From the NCBI GenBank assembly GCA_002269645.1, contig NIVC01001447.1, forward strand, positions 3,598 through 67,597: a DNA stretch of 64,000 bases, given 5' to 3'. This DNA comes from Macrostomum lignano. Taxonomy: Eukaryota. This document shows positions 1 through 13,700 of this stretch, one piece after another; the stretch's first letter is position 1; every line of letters starts with the position of its first letter. A program made the translations under genes and the position numbers. Below the pieces are notes generated by a model. The model was not told the DNA's origin and did no database searches. It worked only from the letters and a program-made list of their open reading frames with translations.

Positions 1-537
1 GGGCCAGCCTCCCAGATCCTCAGTTGCTCGGGCCAGCCTCCCAGATCCTCAGTTGTTGGACTAGCCTCCCAGATCCTCAGTTGCTGGGCCAGCCTCCCAG
101 ATCCTCAGTTGTTGTTGGACTACCCTCCCAGATCCTCAGTTGTTGGACTAGCCTCCTAGATCCTCAGTTTCTGGGCCAGCCTCCCAGATCCTCAGTTGCT
201 GAGCCAGCCTCCCAGATCCTCAGTTGCTGGGCCAGCCTCCCAGATCCTCAGTTGCTGGGCCAGCCTCCCAGATCCTCAGTTGCTGGGCCAGCCTCCCAGA
301 TCCTCAGTTGCTGCTACAGCCTCCCGATCCTCAGTTGCTGAGCCAGCCTCCCAGATCCTCAGTTGCCGGGCCAGCCTCCCAGATCCTCAGTTGCCGGGCC
401 AGCCTCCCAGATCCTCAGTTGCCGGGCCAGCCTCCCAGATCCTCAGTTGCTGAGCCAGCCTCCCAGATCCTCAGTTGCCGGGCCAGCCTCCCAGATCCTC
501 AGTTGCTGAGCCAGCCTCCCAGATCCTCAGTTGCTGG
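1..537. repeat. Minisatellite, ~28-bp unit (GGGCCAGCCTCCCAGATCCTCAGTTGCT), truncated by the window start
   Basis: Direct tandem periodicity of 28 bp; explains ORFs 24..341, 196..453 and 224..556. Confidence 0.95.
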
Positions 538-1909
538 TGTGATAAATACAATATAAATATATTGCATGCACGATAAGCAATTATTTAGGCCCTAGACAAA
601 CCTATTTTTGGAGCGTTCAGAGATTTTAAAGCTATTGACCCTAATTGCCTATCGCCGGTCGGCGAGTCCTACCAATCTTTCTCCAATAGTCACAGTACGG
701 TACAAGAAAAGAAGGAACACAGGTGAACACGAACCGAATACATGTAGATTTAGAGAGTGATAATCCTATATGAATAAAGCTGATAATGGCTAGACGATTT
801 AATTTGATTATTCAGGCTACAGGATTCAAGCAATTCGCGGCGCAGATAATTAGACTGATGATAACGAATAATAACGATTGATAATAATGATTATATTACG
901 CACTGACAAGCGGATCTCAGCTTGAAGAAGAAGAAGGAGGCACCGAACACAGGACCACGGAGAAAGACTCCTAACCCCTGGCCTAAGCCAGAACCTACAC
1001 TCAAACGAGAGCCCTGCCGAATCGACCGTTCAACGGAGTACCGACTAAGTTCTATCGGCACTGCCCTTCAGTGTGACACTGAGGCCCTCGGGATCGAGGC
1101 CGCGTACTTGATCAGATCCGACAGTCTCTATCTAAACCGCGCTTGATAGCGACGACGTCAGACAAGGATGCCGAATCGTTACGCTACAAGACTGAAGCGG
1201 TTGGGCGGGAACAAAGTATGGACCGGGGTGACGAAATCAAAACGCCTCAAAGCGCGAACCAAAGGGAAACAGGCCACCGGCCGGGAAGCTGGACAAAACC
1301 AAGAACCGGGAAAAGAAGGGGGAAAAAGTGAGATCCGATTGCCAAACACACTTTCATTTATAGTCAGAGTCACAACCCCTCAAAACCCCCCTCAAGCCGG
1401 GTGGTGGTCGTCTGGCCGGCCGCTTGCTTAAGCCGAATTGCACTGTGCCCGCGGCGCCGGGTAGAATTGGAACTTGCCGCGTGCCAGGGTCCAGGCCGGT
1501 TCTGATTGGCTGGCCGCGCAAAGCTGGGGTTCGCAGACAAAAACTCAACCCTCCGCTGAGTCACAGATGGCGTCTGACTTCTAGCCTGTTTACGCAAAAT
1601 TGATTCTATCTAACAAGGAAAAAGTACACCAAAAACGTATGACTAAACTAAAGCAAAATAATAATTCAATAACAATAATGCAAAAACTAACTAATAGAAT
1701 ACAAGGCTATCGCAAAAGATGCTCACACTACACTGGGGATAGCTTCGTGTCAGATAATAACTGAATCCAAAAATTGAAAACAGCGGAATGTTAAGTAAAA
1801 GACATCATGGGTTGATTATCATGATTACAGCGAAGACATAAATAAGACATCCCGGATCAGTAAATAAGACTCAATCCTCTCAATTCACGTTAGCCCGGAG
1901 GGCCCAACA
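538..1909 (-). mobile_element. Possible solo LTR (~1.37 kb)
   Basis: On the - strand it begins TGTTGG and ends TTATCACA (TG..CA), with a CCAAT box (~1503) upstream of CTATAAAT (~1355-1362). No target-site duplication and no internal ORF found. Confidence 0.3.
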
Positions 1910-2312
1910 AATGACAAGCGAAAACCCCTTTGTCGGTCTCCAATTGGCTGTGCCGCCCTCGCCCCCCCCCCCCCCAACCCGGGTACTTCTCTTCTTCTCC
2001 GGGGCCAGTGAAGTTCAGACTCGGCTCGCAAACTCAGTCGGATCTCTCGTTGCGTTTCGCCTCGGATCACAGCCGGCTGCGGTGGGACCTCCTGCGCGCT
2101 GCATCGCGAATCCATTGAGTAAGCTGAAGCTGGTCAGCTTGTCACAATTGTGATTGAACATTAGAGAACTGCATGGCCTCACTTTTTTGCTTGTAATTGG
2201 CCTGTTTTATTGCCTGAGCTGGGGTGTTGGTTCTGCTCTTTGCGTAGCGCTTAAATCAGATTTCCAACTTTGTGTTCAAAGCCCAAAATTGCTAGAGAGC
2301 TCTGCAACACGA

Positions 2313-2552
2313 GGCGCTGAAATCTGGTATTGAGGCGCTGAAATCTGGTATTGAGGCGCTAAAATTAGGTATTGAGGCGCTAAAATCAGGTATTGAGGCG
2401 CTAAAATCAGGTATTGAGGCGCTAAAATCGGGTATTGAGCCGCTAAAATCGGGTATTGAGGCCCTAAAATCTGGTATTGAGTCGCTAAAATCGGGTACTG
2501 AGTTGCTATACAATCGGGTGCTGAGTCCTTAAAACCGGTATTGAGGCGCTAA
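2313..2552. repeat. Minisatellite, 21-bp unit (GAGGCGCTAAAATCAGGTATT)
   Basis: About 11 tandem copies. Confidence 0.9.
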
Positions 2553-3571
2553 AATCGGCCGGGATGACACGCTGGAAGCCACGTCCTTTACGCTGATCAT
2601 CCGTAGTTCCGGCAGCAGTTGCCAAGGCAGGCGCATCATCGGCAGTCAGAGCATTTCATATTTGTTTGTCTCTCCCAGATTAATGCTCATATAATACTTA
2701 CGACTGCTTGCAACTCATTTTGTTCCACAATTGCACAATACACAGCTAGCCTGGGGCCGGCCCCCGGGCTGCTTCATGCATAATTCAATGCCCAGCCACT
2801 TATGCAGGGTTTGGCTGAGTTTGGGAGAAGGGAATGCAATAGATTAACCAGGCCGGAGTGATCAAGCTTTTAAATCCCTGCCAGCTCACGCCGTTCTCAT
2901 TTCCCACGACTCAATGTCTGAGCTCTGCCCATCCCTGATTGATGGGGTTTTTAGTGAGGCCCCGATCCCCGATCCCAATCCTTCTCCCTCTGCCCCCTCC
3001 CGACCATCTCGAGTTCAGGGACCGAATTAATGATCAGGGCTGAGACCCACCGGCCCTTCGAACATCCGAACACAGTGGAGCTTCGAGCTTGCTGTCAGAC
3101 CAGCAGGGCACAGATGCAGTGCGCACAGTGCATGCTAATCATCTGCCTTTTTGCACCTTGGCTTGGGCAGTGCAGCTTCCTGCCTGTTTAGCTGGTGTCA
3201 AATTGCAATTCAACAACTGAAGGAATTAAGCTTTGTATTTTTAACAGTAAAGTGACAAACTAGTGACAAACTTTGAGTAACCGTGTGGTTTGCCTGAGGT
3301 TGATTAAGCCATTTTGTTAGAGATGTTAAATTTTGAGACTGGAAAGCAATCCAAACACGATCCTGCATGGGAAACTTCGGTTGTTCCCACCGAATTATTT
3401 TGGCGCTTGTTCTGGTAAACTGCTCATTAGGTTGCTGAGATCAATTACTTGTACCCCGGGTGCAGATTCTCTTCAGAGCTCTGAGAGACCAGATTATTTT
3501 TACTTCAACAACTCCTGCTGAGTGTTCTCTCATCAACTGCTGTCCTCCCGGCAGTGGCCTCTCTGCCGCAG

Positions 3572-5686
3572 GTGTCCAACCTGGCCATTGCCGGCGTGAC
3601 AGGCTGCTGCACCGGCCTCATCCTGGCCCTGCTGCTGGTGCTCGCGTACTTCTGCTTTCGGCAGCGAAGACTGTATAAGTGCATGGCTCAGAGCGGGGAC
3701 CCAGTGACTCAGCTGTGAGTATCTATGCGCTATAGGGCGCGCTGAGCTGTTTGATTCACCTTCCTCACAGAGCCCTGATATGTGATTCTAATGACGCACT
3801 ATGTAATACGTTTTAGAACTGTCATGTCACACCTTTGACCTGATATTGGCATCTCTTGACTGCCACAGAGCTTCTCCCACAGAGCTTCTCCCACAGAGCT
3901 TCACCCACAGAGCTTCACCCACATAGCTTCTCCCACAGAGCTTCTCCCACCGAGCTTCTCCCACAGAGCTTCTCCCACAGAGCTTCTCCCACAGAGCTTC
4001 ACCCACAGAGCTTCTCCCACAGAGCTTCACCCACAGAGTTTCACCCACAGAGCTTCACCCACAGAGCTTCTCCCACAGAGCTTCACCCACAGAGCTTCTC
4101 CCACAGAGCTTCACCCACAGAGCTTCACCCACAGAGCTTCTCCCACAGAGCTTCTCCCACAGAGCTTCTCCCACAGAGCTTCTCCCACAGAGCTTCACCG
4201 TCAACCGAGCCTCTTTTACACACTGCCGAAAAGGTTTCTGATTTTTCCAGCTGGGGTTGTTACCGCAGGGTTTTTCCCACCGAGACTCTCCAGTGGACTA
4301 GTTGCGACTTTCCGCGCAAGTGTCCTATATCTTGCTCATAAGCAAAAAACCACAGCAGACTCTTCTTCTGGCCAACAACTACAACACTAAAGCACTTTAA
4401 AACACTTTTGACACTACAGAAAAAGAGGCAAAAACTAATAAAGTGATTTATTTATTTTTATAATATGCTATCGCAGGTCGTCGCTCATGTCGCCCCAGAC
4501 TCAGCGCCCGTTAGATAACTCGGACTCGCGCTTGCTGCAGCAACAGCAGCTTCTGTCGCGACCATGTGCTTACGTGTCGCCGAGTCTCAATGGATTCGAT
4601 ACAGCCTCATTTTCTGGAATCGACGACACGCCATCGGATTCTTCGCCTTTAGCTGGGACCGCAGCCGTGTTTGCCACTATGCGAAGTGGTCACTTTCCAC
4701 TGGGCGGCTATCAAGGTATTGGAGAGGACTGGAGTGACTGATTGACTGGAGGAATGAGGGGTGAGGAGGGGCAGTACTGGGGTGACTGACTGGCTGGAGG
4801 TATGAGAGTTTGGGTAGGGGCAGGACTGGGGGTGGCTGACTGGCTGGAGGTATGAGAGTTTGGGGAGGGCAGGACTGGGGGTGGCTGACTGGCTGGAGGT
4901 ATGAGAGGTTGGGGAGGGCAGGACTGGGGGTGGCTGACTGGCTGGAGGTATGAGAGGTTGGGGAGGGCAGGACTGGGGGTGGCTGACTGGCTGGATGAAT
5001 GAGGGGTGGGGAGGGGCAGTACTGGGGTGGCTGACTGGCTAGAGGAATGAGAGGTTGGGGAGGGGCAGGACTGGGGTACTGACTGGCTGGAGGTATGAGA
5101 GTTTGGGGAGGGGCAGTACTGGGGTGACTGACTGGCTAGAGGAATGAGAGGTTGGGGAGGGGCAGGACTGGGGTGACTGATTGGCTGGATGAATAAGGGG
5201 TGGAGAGGGGCAGGACTGGGGTGACTGATTGGCTAGAGGAATGAGAGGTTGGGGAGGGGCAGGACTGGGGTGACTGATTGGCTGGATGAATAAGGGGTGG
5301 AGAGGGGCAGGACTGGGTGACTGACTGGCTGGAGATATGAGAGTTTGGGGAGGGGCAGTACTGGGGTGACTGACTGGCTAGAGGAATGAGAGGTTGGGGA
5401 GGGGCAGGACTGGGGTGACTGATTGGCTGGATGAATAAGGGGTGGAGAGGGGCAGGACTGGGTGACTGACTGGCTGGAGGTATGAGAGTTTAGGGAGGGG
5501 CAGGACTGGGGTGACTGTTAGCCCGTAACCATGCGTAACCAAACAATGTTTTGAATTGTGGAGCGGAGCAGAGGCTGCACTTGTATTTGCTGTTTTCTTG
5601 CAGACAATGGCCGATGCTATTCAGCTGAGGAGGCGCCGCCAGTGCCGAGGCAGTCCAGAAGAATTATTTACGAAGTGGTTGTCTAA
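3572..5686 (+). CDS. Small single-pass membrane protein; exons 3572(or upstream)-3714, 4477-4715, 5604-5686; start exon not identified
   Basis: AG/GT boundaries join in phase (CT|G=Leu, G|AC=Asp). Hydrophobic segment LAIAGVTGCCTGLILALLLVLAYFCF is followed by the basic stop-transfer RQRR, a Ser/Pro-rich tail and C-terminus RRIIYEVVV*. Confidence 0.7.
3863..4198. repeat. Intronic minisatellite, 14-bp unit (CCACAGAGCTTCTC)
   Basis: About 24 tandem copies; explains ORFs 3827..4048 and 3856..4341. Confidence 0.95.
4733..5517. repeat. Intronic G-rich minisatellite, ~49-bp unit
   Basis: GACTGGGGTGACTGACTGGCT... recurs about every 49 bp. Confidence 0.9.
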
Positions 5687-5988
5687 GAGCGTCCCGCATG
5701 TCAAGGTCCTCGGGATTAGCAAACATTTTTATACTTTTGCGAAAGTCAATTCAGTTTCGTTTTATTAACTATACATGGTCGAAATATTGGTGCTGGCTGC
5801 TTGTGCAAACATTTGCGCATAAACTACTGTAAATAAGGTGAAAATACTGTAAATTGGCTAATGTGATTTAAGCGAATTCTTGAGGCCATTCAGTTTATTT
5901 TTCTTTTGTAGACCTACGATTTTCGGCATCTGCGTGGAGATTTTGAATTGCTCTGCTAGTACCGTCTTAGCCTATGGCCGTTTGTCGT

Positions 5989-6960
5989 GGTGGTCCTGAT
6001 CCCAGTCCAGTCATTAGTATTGGTGGTCCTGATCCCAGTCCAGTCATTAGTATTGGTGGTCCTGATCCCAGTCCAGTCATTAGTACTTGTGGTCCTGATC
6101 CCAGTCCAGTCATTAGTACTTGTGGTCCTGATCCCAGTCAAGTCATTAGTATTGGTGGTCCTGATCCCAGTCCAGTCATTAGTATTGGTGGTCCTGATCC
6201 CAGTCCAGTCATTAGTACTTGTGGTCCTGATCCCAGTCCAGTCATTAGTACTTGTGGTCCTGATCCCAGTCAAGTCATTAGTATTGGTGGTCCTGATCCC
6301 AGTCCAGTCATTAGTACTTGTGGTCCTGATCCCAGTCCAGTCATTAGTACTTGTGGTCCTGATCCCAGTCCAGTCATTAGTATTGGTGGTCCTGATCCCA
6401 GTCCAGTCATTAGTATTGGTGGTCCTGATCCCAGTCCAGTCATTAGTATTGGTGGTCCTGATCCCAGTCCAGTCATTAGTATTGGTGGTCCTGATCCCAG
6501 TCCAGTCATTAGTATTGGTGGTCCTGATCCCAGTCCAGTCATTAGTATTGGTGGTCCTGATCCCAGTCCAGTCATTAGTATTGGTGGTCCTGATCCCAGT
6601 CCAGTCATTAGTATTGGTGGTCCTGATCCCAGTCCAGTCATTAGTATTGGTGGTCCTGATCCCAGTCCAGTCATTAGTATTGGTGGTCCTGATCCCAGTC
6701 CAGTCATTAGTATTGGTGGTCCTGATCCCAGTCCAGTCATTAGTATTGGTGGTCCTGATCCCAGTCCAGTCATTAGTATTGGTGGTCCTGATCCCAGTCC
6801 AGTCATTAGTATTGGTGGTCCTGATCCCAGTCCAGTCATTAGTATTGGTGGTCCTGATCCCAGTCCAGTCATTAGTATTGGTGGTCCTGATCCCAGTCCA
6901 GTCATTAGTATTGGTGGTCCTGATCCCAGTCCAGTCATTAGTATTGGTGGTCCTGATCCT
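5989..6960. repeat. Minisatellite, 33-bp unit (GGTGGTCCTGATCCCAGTCCAGTCATTAGTATT), ~29 near-identical copies
   Basis: Direct periodicity; the unit is a multiple of 3, which produces the spurious ORFs 5974..6987, 5987..6967 and 6270..7031. Confidence 0.97.
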
Positions 6961-7748
6961 AGTCTAGCCATGGTAACGCTGATTTGATGGATATTGACAG
7001 TGTCCAAAAAGACAATAGTTTGGACAAACAAAAGTCAACATGCAGGATGCTGAATGCTTATCATTGATCATTTTCAACTCTAAGAAAGTCTAGCTGCTAA
7101 TAATTGTAAAATTAAACAGTTAACAAATGAACTTGGCCTAATTCCGAAGCGCGGAGACGGGAGCGGATTCGAGTGTACTTTGATTTAAACAAACAGCTGA
7201 TCTCGCATTGATGTAAAATTCGATTTAAAAAATTACAAATTGTAAAATATTGTAAAAAAATTATAGAGATTTGTTTATAAAACTTTTAGTGAGCAAGTTA
7301 ACAAAGATAATATTATTTCGCCAACAAATTACAGATGAAAAGATCTGATTAAAAGTTTCAAAAATAGTATCATGATAGTTGCAAAGTCAACCAAGCTATA
7401 GGAATGTACGCAATGCAGACTGGCTTGTCAAAAGCCAGGCAGAGTTTGCGCGGAAGAGTAGCTGAAAGTGCGTTTTTTAATTGGCAAAAAGTGCGGTAAA
7501 ACAAATTCGCACCAGTTCAAATAAGTGTTATTGTGCGACGCGAGACTCGCGATGAAACCTATTCAACAAAAGTAAAAGCGATGAAAAATAATTTCGGGCT
7601 AAATGTGGAAGTCGTGGAGTGTTTTGAAGTTTGGAATTAGTTTTCATGGAAAAGTTTGGTTGTCGGTGCAAATACTATACGCAGGTATAACGCATATGAG
7701 GCTAGCGAGGCATGCATTTCCTGTCTCCGTTTATGACACCTGTTGCTT

Positions 7749-10700
7749 TCAGTCCTCTTGCAGCAGCTCCAACTGGTGCTTTGAGTTTCTGGAATCATCA
7801 GGGGATAGGTGGTTACACAATAATTTAATTTTAATAAAGCGAATTTTTTAATGAAAACGCGTCGTGGAGCTCGAAAATAACAGTACTCTACGGGAATCCT
7901 TGAGCCTTCAATTTCTTTGCCTTCAAGAACAGAAAGGAGTGTCTGTTCTTCGAAAATATGAATCATCACATGAGGCTTAAAGGGATTCTTATCCGCTCTT
8001 TTACAGGAAGCAAAACTTAACGAATTGAAGCCCCAAGTGTGCTACCCAGCCTCACCTGAGCTCCATCTCCCGTAGAACCTCAGCGTCGGATGCGCTGGGC
8101 GACGATGAGGCGCCGTTGTCGCCGCCACTGGATGGAGCCTCAGCGGCCCCGAGCAGATCCACCAGCGGCTGCCGACCCAAACGACGCTCTCCCGCCGCGT
8201 CATTCTCCGAAGCCGAGCTGCTGCTCAGGCGGATGTCCCGGCTCGAGTCCCGGCCAACTGACAGACCGTCCGAGCGCTGCAGGCTCGGATCGTACAGCGT
8301 CTCGAAGGAGGACTCGAGCGCCAGCAGGTGAATCCGGCCCGCGCGGGCAGCTAGCCGACGGCGCTGCAGATTGTCATCGTCCGAGAAGATGCTGCCGTCG
8401 CTCAGGAAGCCATCGGGCCCGACGCGCCGCGGCAGGCGCAGCTGTCGAGACTCCGACGGTTGAGCCGCGGCTGACATCTGGGGTACAGTCGCCCTCGCGA
8501 CTGACTTCCCGCTGACCATGCGCGGCCTGTCGGGGAGCAGCACCGAGGCTGTGGATCGGGCCTCGACCTTGGGAGATTTGACAGCTTCCGTCGGCTTTGG
8601 TGCCTCCGTACGTTTGTCAGCTTCGTCCGATAGAACGCTTGACGAGATGTCCGTGTCAGTTTGATTGCCTCCGTTTGATTTTGCTCTTTCCTTTGCTTCG
8701 CTGTCATCTGTTTCGTCCTTCAGAGTGTCCTCATCTTCAGAGGAGGTCCCTCCTGATGCGGCTCGACGGCCTTCACCTCTGATCCTTGCAACTTTCTGCT
8801 TGGCCGCCTCGATCAGCGCGTCGTGCGTCGGGTCGGTGACCGGTTGTGGGCGATGCGACTCGGCCTCGGCCGTCTCGCCTCCGTTTTCGGGCCTAACTCG
8901 GACGCTGAACCGCGGCAGCTGCGACGGCAGTGGAGCCGGTGGCTTCATCGGCGACGGTTGTGGCGTCCTCCGACGCAGCGGATTAGAGCGACGGCTGTCA
9001 CCAAGGGCTTCGCTAGAGCGACTCGTGGCGGACTGGGAGCGTCGCTGCGGCGGGCGTCGGCGAGGCGGTCGCTGTCGGTCACCTTCGCCGGAGCCTTCAG
9101 CATCGCTTGCTGAGGCACCAGTCGAGGAACCTTCAGTGCCGGCTGCTGCGGCAGCGGCTTTTCGATTCTGCCGAGTCGCCCGCAAAGAGCTCAGGATCTT
9201 GGCCCGCGAAGGCGTGCCGCAGACGTCGTTGGCCTCGGAGTCGGAGGAGTACAGGCGGTTGCTGCCCGGATCAGGGAGTCGAGTATCGATCGCGGGCAGC
9301 TCCAGCTGCTCGTTAGGTTCCTCAGCCTCGGCTCGAATCTGGCTGACGATCTGGTCCACACCGGTGACAAAAGCTTCAAACTCTTCGTCGTCCAAATCGG
9401 ACAGCGTGTTCCGCAGGTCCTGCTGGAGCAGGCGCTGCTGCTGCATGTCCGGGTTCATGATTGGAGGCGCCGACTGCGTCAGCATGGAGGTTGCCTCGGA
9501 AGCGTCGCGACTTCCTGTCGGAGGCGACATCGGCTGTGGTGCGAGCTGCTCCAGCTGCCGGCTGCCGAGGTCTTCGCCGCCTCCGCTGACGCTGCTGAGG
9601 TTCGGTACGCTGCGACACAGCTGGACGCCATCGCGTTTGCGCCGATCGTTGACTGCGATGCGAACAAAGATCGGCTCGTGCTGCTGGGAAATCTCCGACT
9701 CGGAGCTGCTGCGAGCGCGCACCTTGCCCGGCCCTCTTGCGGCCGACGCGCTGCCCGGCTGTGATGGTCGTTCTTAAAACATTGAAATAAGAAATAAAAT
9801 ATTTATCGTCTTTGCATAAAGGAGGGTGGCTGTCAGCTCAGAGACAGTTCGTTCAACCCCAACCCACATATACTTCCTGACGACGCCTTGAGGGTTTATA
9901 TAATTATGGGTCCTACCCATGGGTCCGTCGTGCCCGACCAGTTTAAATTTTTCAGCTGCGTTTACGAGTCAGCCTGAGCTTGAAAGCACGCGTAGGTAGT
10001 GCATGCCTTTTCATTTCACGCATTAATAAATTTCTCACCTGTTGAGCGCTTCACATTGAGTACTTCATTAGGACTAACAGTGCCCGAGCTGCTGAGGCTG
10101 CTGCTGTAAACCGGATGCTGCTGCGTCCTCTGCTGCTGCGGTTGCCTGCCGGAGCCCTGGGAGCCCTTCAGCTCCTGCCTAGACAGCGACGAACCGCGTG
10201 CTCCCGGCTGCGCTGGGATCCGATGCTCCACATCAGCCTCGAAGCTGCTCTCCGATCGTCCGCCTGCCTGGCTTTGCTTTCCATCAGCGTCGAGATTCCT
10301 GGAAAAATTTGCAGGCTTTGGCCGGCCCAGCCGGTTGGAATCTGTTCTCTGCCGCGGACTCCTGGCGGTGCGAATCGAATCCGGGCCGGACTCGCTGGAC
10401 TTCTTGCCCGAGTCGTGAGTCCCCGAGGCGGTCCGGTCATTGGAGACGTCCTCAGTGAAGCTGTCCGAGTATTCGGGTTCTTCCAAATTTCCTGCATTGT
10501 CCGGATGCAAGTAACTCTCGCTCGGGCTTTTTTGCTGTGATCCATGAGCCGAACTTGAATTTTCTGCTTGCTTTCAACAGGTTGCGAATCAAAATTCTTT
10601 GACATTTCCTGTTGTGTTGCATGACCTGTCGCATCGGTGTCTGCTTGGGCCAACTTCTGGCTCATTTGGTCCCTGCCAGCTCCGGTAGCCTTCGACTGTC

Positions 10701-13700
10701 GCTCCTATCGGCATTGGGAGAGTCGTCCGACCTGCCGGATGATGTTCCACTGGGATCTTTTATAGTCCAGGAAGGTGGGCGGTCGAATTTATATTCGGAT
10801 GTATTTTCTGAGGAAGAATTATCAGCAGATTGACTTTGGGCCTGTTGGCACTGTCGCTCGCATCGGTTCCTTTCAGGAGTTTTTGTTGGCCCCGAAGCCC
10901 AAGTTCAAGCGCTTGTTGTCTTGCCGATTGCATTTGCGTGTTCTCTGACGACTTTGCATCGCCCTGGGCTCCCAGGACCTCTGTGCGAACTCGTTGCTCT
11001 GGCGCCAACTCGATGCTAAAGTTAAGCGACTCTTCAGGAGGCTGGCTTATCCGGGTTTTAATGCTAGTATCTTCCTGAACGAACTCTCCTTGAACAGTTG
11101 CAGCTGAGCTTACCGTCGTGACTGAATTTACTGCATCATCTCCCGCTTTATTCTGGGAATGGTCTACTCCGTCAGTTGCGTCTTTGCTGTAACTGTCTTT
11201 TGAAGAGCTCTTTTGCTCGAATTTCAGTCGCGTTGGAATCTTTGAGCCAGAGAAAAATTGTTCAGAGCCAGTCGAAAACGGACTTGTTCCGCGAACTGGA
11301 GGAGACGCTAGCGAGACGGGCTGCTGTGGGGGCGGCTGCTCCTGCTCGGTTCGTCCTGCGCTAGAAGACCGAGGCTGCAGGCGCCTCACCGGCACGGGAA
11401 TGCCCGATCCTGCATGAGTGCCGAACTCCCCGCCAACCGACTGCCCGGATGGAGATCTTGGCGATACGACGGTTCTGGACTGATCAGTAAAATAAGTTTC
11501 TCCTTCAAAGCGAATAGCACCGCTATCTCTAATTGGCACCTCTGGAGATCTGTCTTCTTGTGAGGCATCAGTCCTGGTTGGACCACTTTGCTTCCGGTTT
11601 GCTCGCCCAGAAGCTGCCTTATCTAAAACAGCAGCCATCTGCTGTAAACTTTCGACTCTACTCTCTGGTATTATAGTGCTATTTGAATTGTCTAGACTTC
11701 TATTGCTGTCAATTCCCCCTGGCTGATTGAGCTGCTGTCGCCAAGTCGGGCTGTCTGACGCAACTGACGCTGTCACTGGCACCCGGTGCTCCAGACTCTG
11801 TTGAGCCTCTTTGATGGTCGTCTGGTCGAGTTTTTCGCAAAGGTCGCGAGGTTGTCTGAGTTCAGAGCAGCCTTGGAGTCTGGCTGAGATCGCACTGGCC
11901 TGCCCTCTCTGCTAGTGTCTGCATCCGGCATCGACTCACTGGAAGTTTCTTCGTTTGAACTGATTTTTCCTTGCGCTGAAAATTTACCCTTTTCGCCGCC
12001 GCCTCGGGTGTCTTTCTCTTCTTTATTAGAATCGTTTTTATAATTGTCAGGCTCCATCTCTGACTTCCTGCCTTCTTTCCAGCCATGCTCAGGTGTGCGC
12101 CGGTTCTCGTGCTGCTTCGATGAGCCTTCTCCAACGCCACTCGGCTTCCCGCGATGCGCATCACCGCCCGACGATGCGGAATCCGTTGGCTCTTCCAAGC
12201 GAATCAGCGGCTTCTGCTTGGAGTCTTCAGCAGCGTGACGAGCAACTTCAGCATCCGATGCGCTTGATTCACTTGATCTTCGTTCATCTCGCGCATGCGA
12301 TTCCGTGGTACTTTCAACTCGTTGCTTATCACCTGGTAGTTGAGCCCCGTCTTTACCAGTTTTCCCCAATAGTGTATCCGGTTCAGAACCCGCAGTTCCC
12401 GCATTCTGGCCATGTATTTGCGCCCGCTTTGTTGGATCCAGTTGGCCATCAAATCCGGGTTTTGAATCAACTAACTTCAACACTCCGAGCTCGTCATCAA
12501 GCATTGTCTTTTTGGCTTTATTTTGTTGACCTCCATCGCAGACTTCAGCGTCATCAAGAGATTTTCCGCTTCCCGTTGACAATCTGGCAGATTTCTGCCA
12601 GCTTTCTGTCGGGCTCAATCTCCTCTCAACAGCGCTGTCAGATCTTCCAGACTGATCAGGTGAGTCACTTCGTAACCCAGCTGAACTTTCTCCAGCACTT
12701 GTGCGGTCTCGATCCACGGTTTGACCTTTTATGCTTGGTGAATTCGAATCATCGTCCTCCAATTGCGTGTCCCTCCTGGTTCTTCCCGTGTTCGAAACGG
12801 CTTGCAAAGGCGAATCAAAAGCACTGAGTTGCGCTTGTTCCCCACGCACAGTGGACGCCTCGCTGGGACTTTCGGGGTCTTGATCGCTTAGGCCTTTGTT
12901 ATGCTTTTTTGGATCACTTTGGGGCTTTTCTGAGTTCTCGCCAGCAATGCTTTTGCCTAAAATTTTGCTGGCCATCTCAGAGTCGGCTGCACTGCTTCTA
13001 AGGGACGTCTCAGCGTCAGAGAATGTAGTTGAGTTCGATCCTAATTGGTTCAAATCTGCTTTCGTCAATGAATTGTCAGTCCCTCCATCACGACCTCCAT
13101 GCCTGCGAACCATGACATCCGCGTGTTGAATTGCGTCGTTCAATTCGTCTGTGGATGTTTTGAGCTTCTCTGAGTTCGCCATTGTTTCGCGTCTTCTACT
13201 ACTTGGACGGTTTTGACGGTGCACTGCACCACCATCCGCATCGCTACTAAAATTTTTCTGATCACTGTCAGCTAAGCTGCGTAGACCAGTCTTTCCACCT
13301 GAATCTGGACGTTTTCCCGAGTCAACAGCGTCAGATCGATGAGTGAAATCAGGTCGATGTTCACTAGCACCGACGTTGAGATCGTCTCGACTCGCTGCGA
13401 TAACTGCGTCTTCAGGCACTTCGCCTCGCTCTGCTTTCAGCTGCTCCTCGTCCTCCCAGCGAGTTCTTCGGGCTGGACTGACGGAACCGCCGGACCGACT
13501 TCGCGCCGGCTTCGACATTGAACTGCTGGGATCGACTTCGGCACTCAAGGACGCAGTTGCCATACTTGGGCCATCATCCTTCGCGGAACTTTCATTAGAT
13601 AATTTACCAGACGTGGACTTCAAATTTCCCTTCCTTTGCTGTCCGTCGCTAGTGGATGCTGCTTTCGTCGCAAAACTGTCCGCTCTGGCTGTCTTCGATG

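Noticed and set aside
5989-6960. CRISPR-like regular array (also 20400-21155, 46007-46455, 57207-57562)
   Set aside because: Units are head-to-tail with no unique spacers, no cas genes are present, and the context is eukaryotic
5974-7031. Three long ORFs (337, 326 and 253 aa) on both strands
   Set aside because: They arise from a stop-free 33-bp tandem repeat, open in several frames, with no flanking coding context
8665-9777. 370-aa + strand ORF and other + ORFs over 8-20 kb
   Set aside because: Antisense shadows of GC-rich exons of the - strand giant gene
11829-11840. Programmed ribosomal frameshift at GCG AAA AAC
   Set aside because: Not a canonical X XXY YYZ heptamer, and one of many same-type homopolymer deletions
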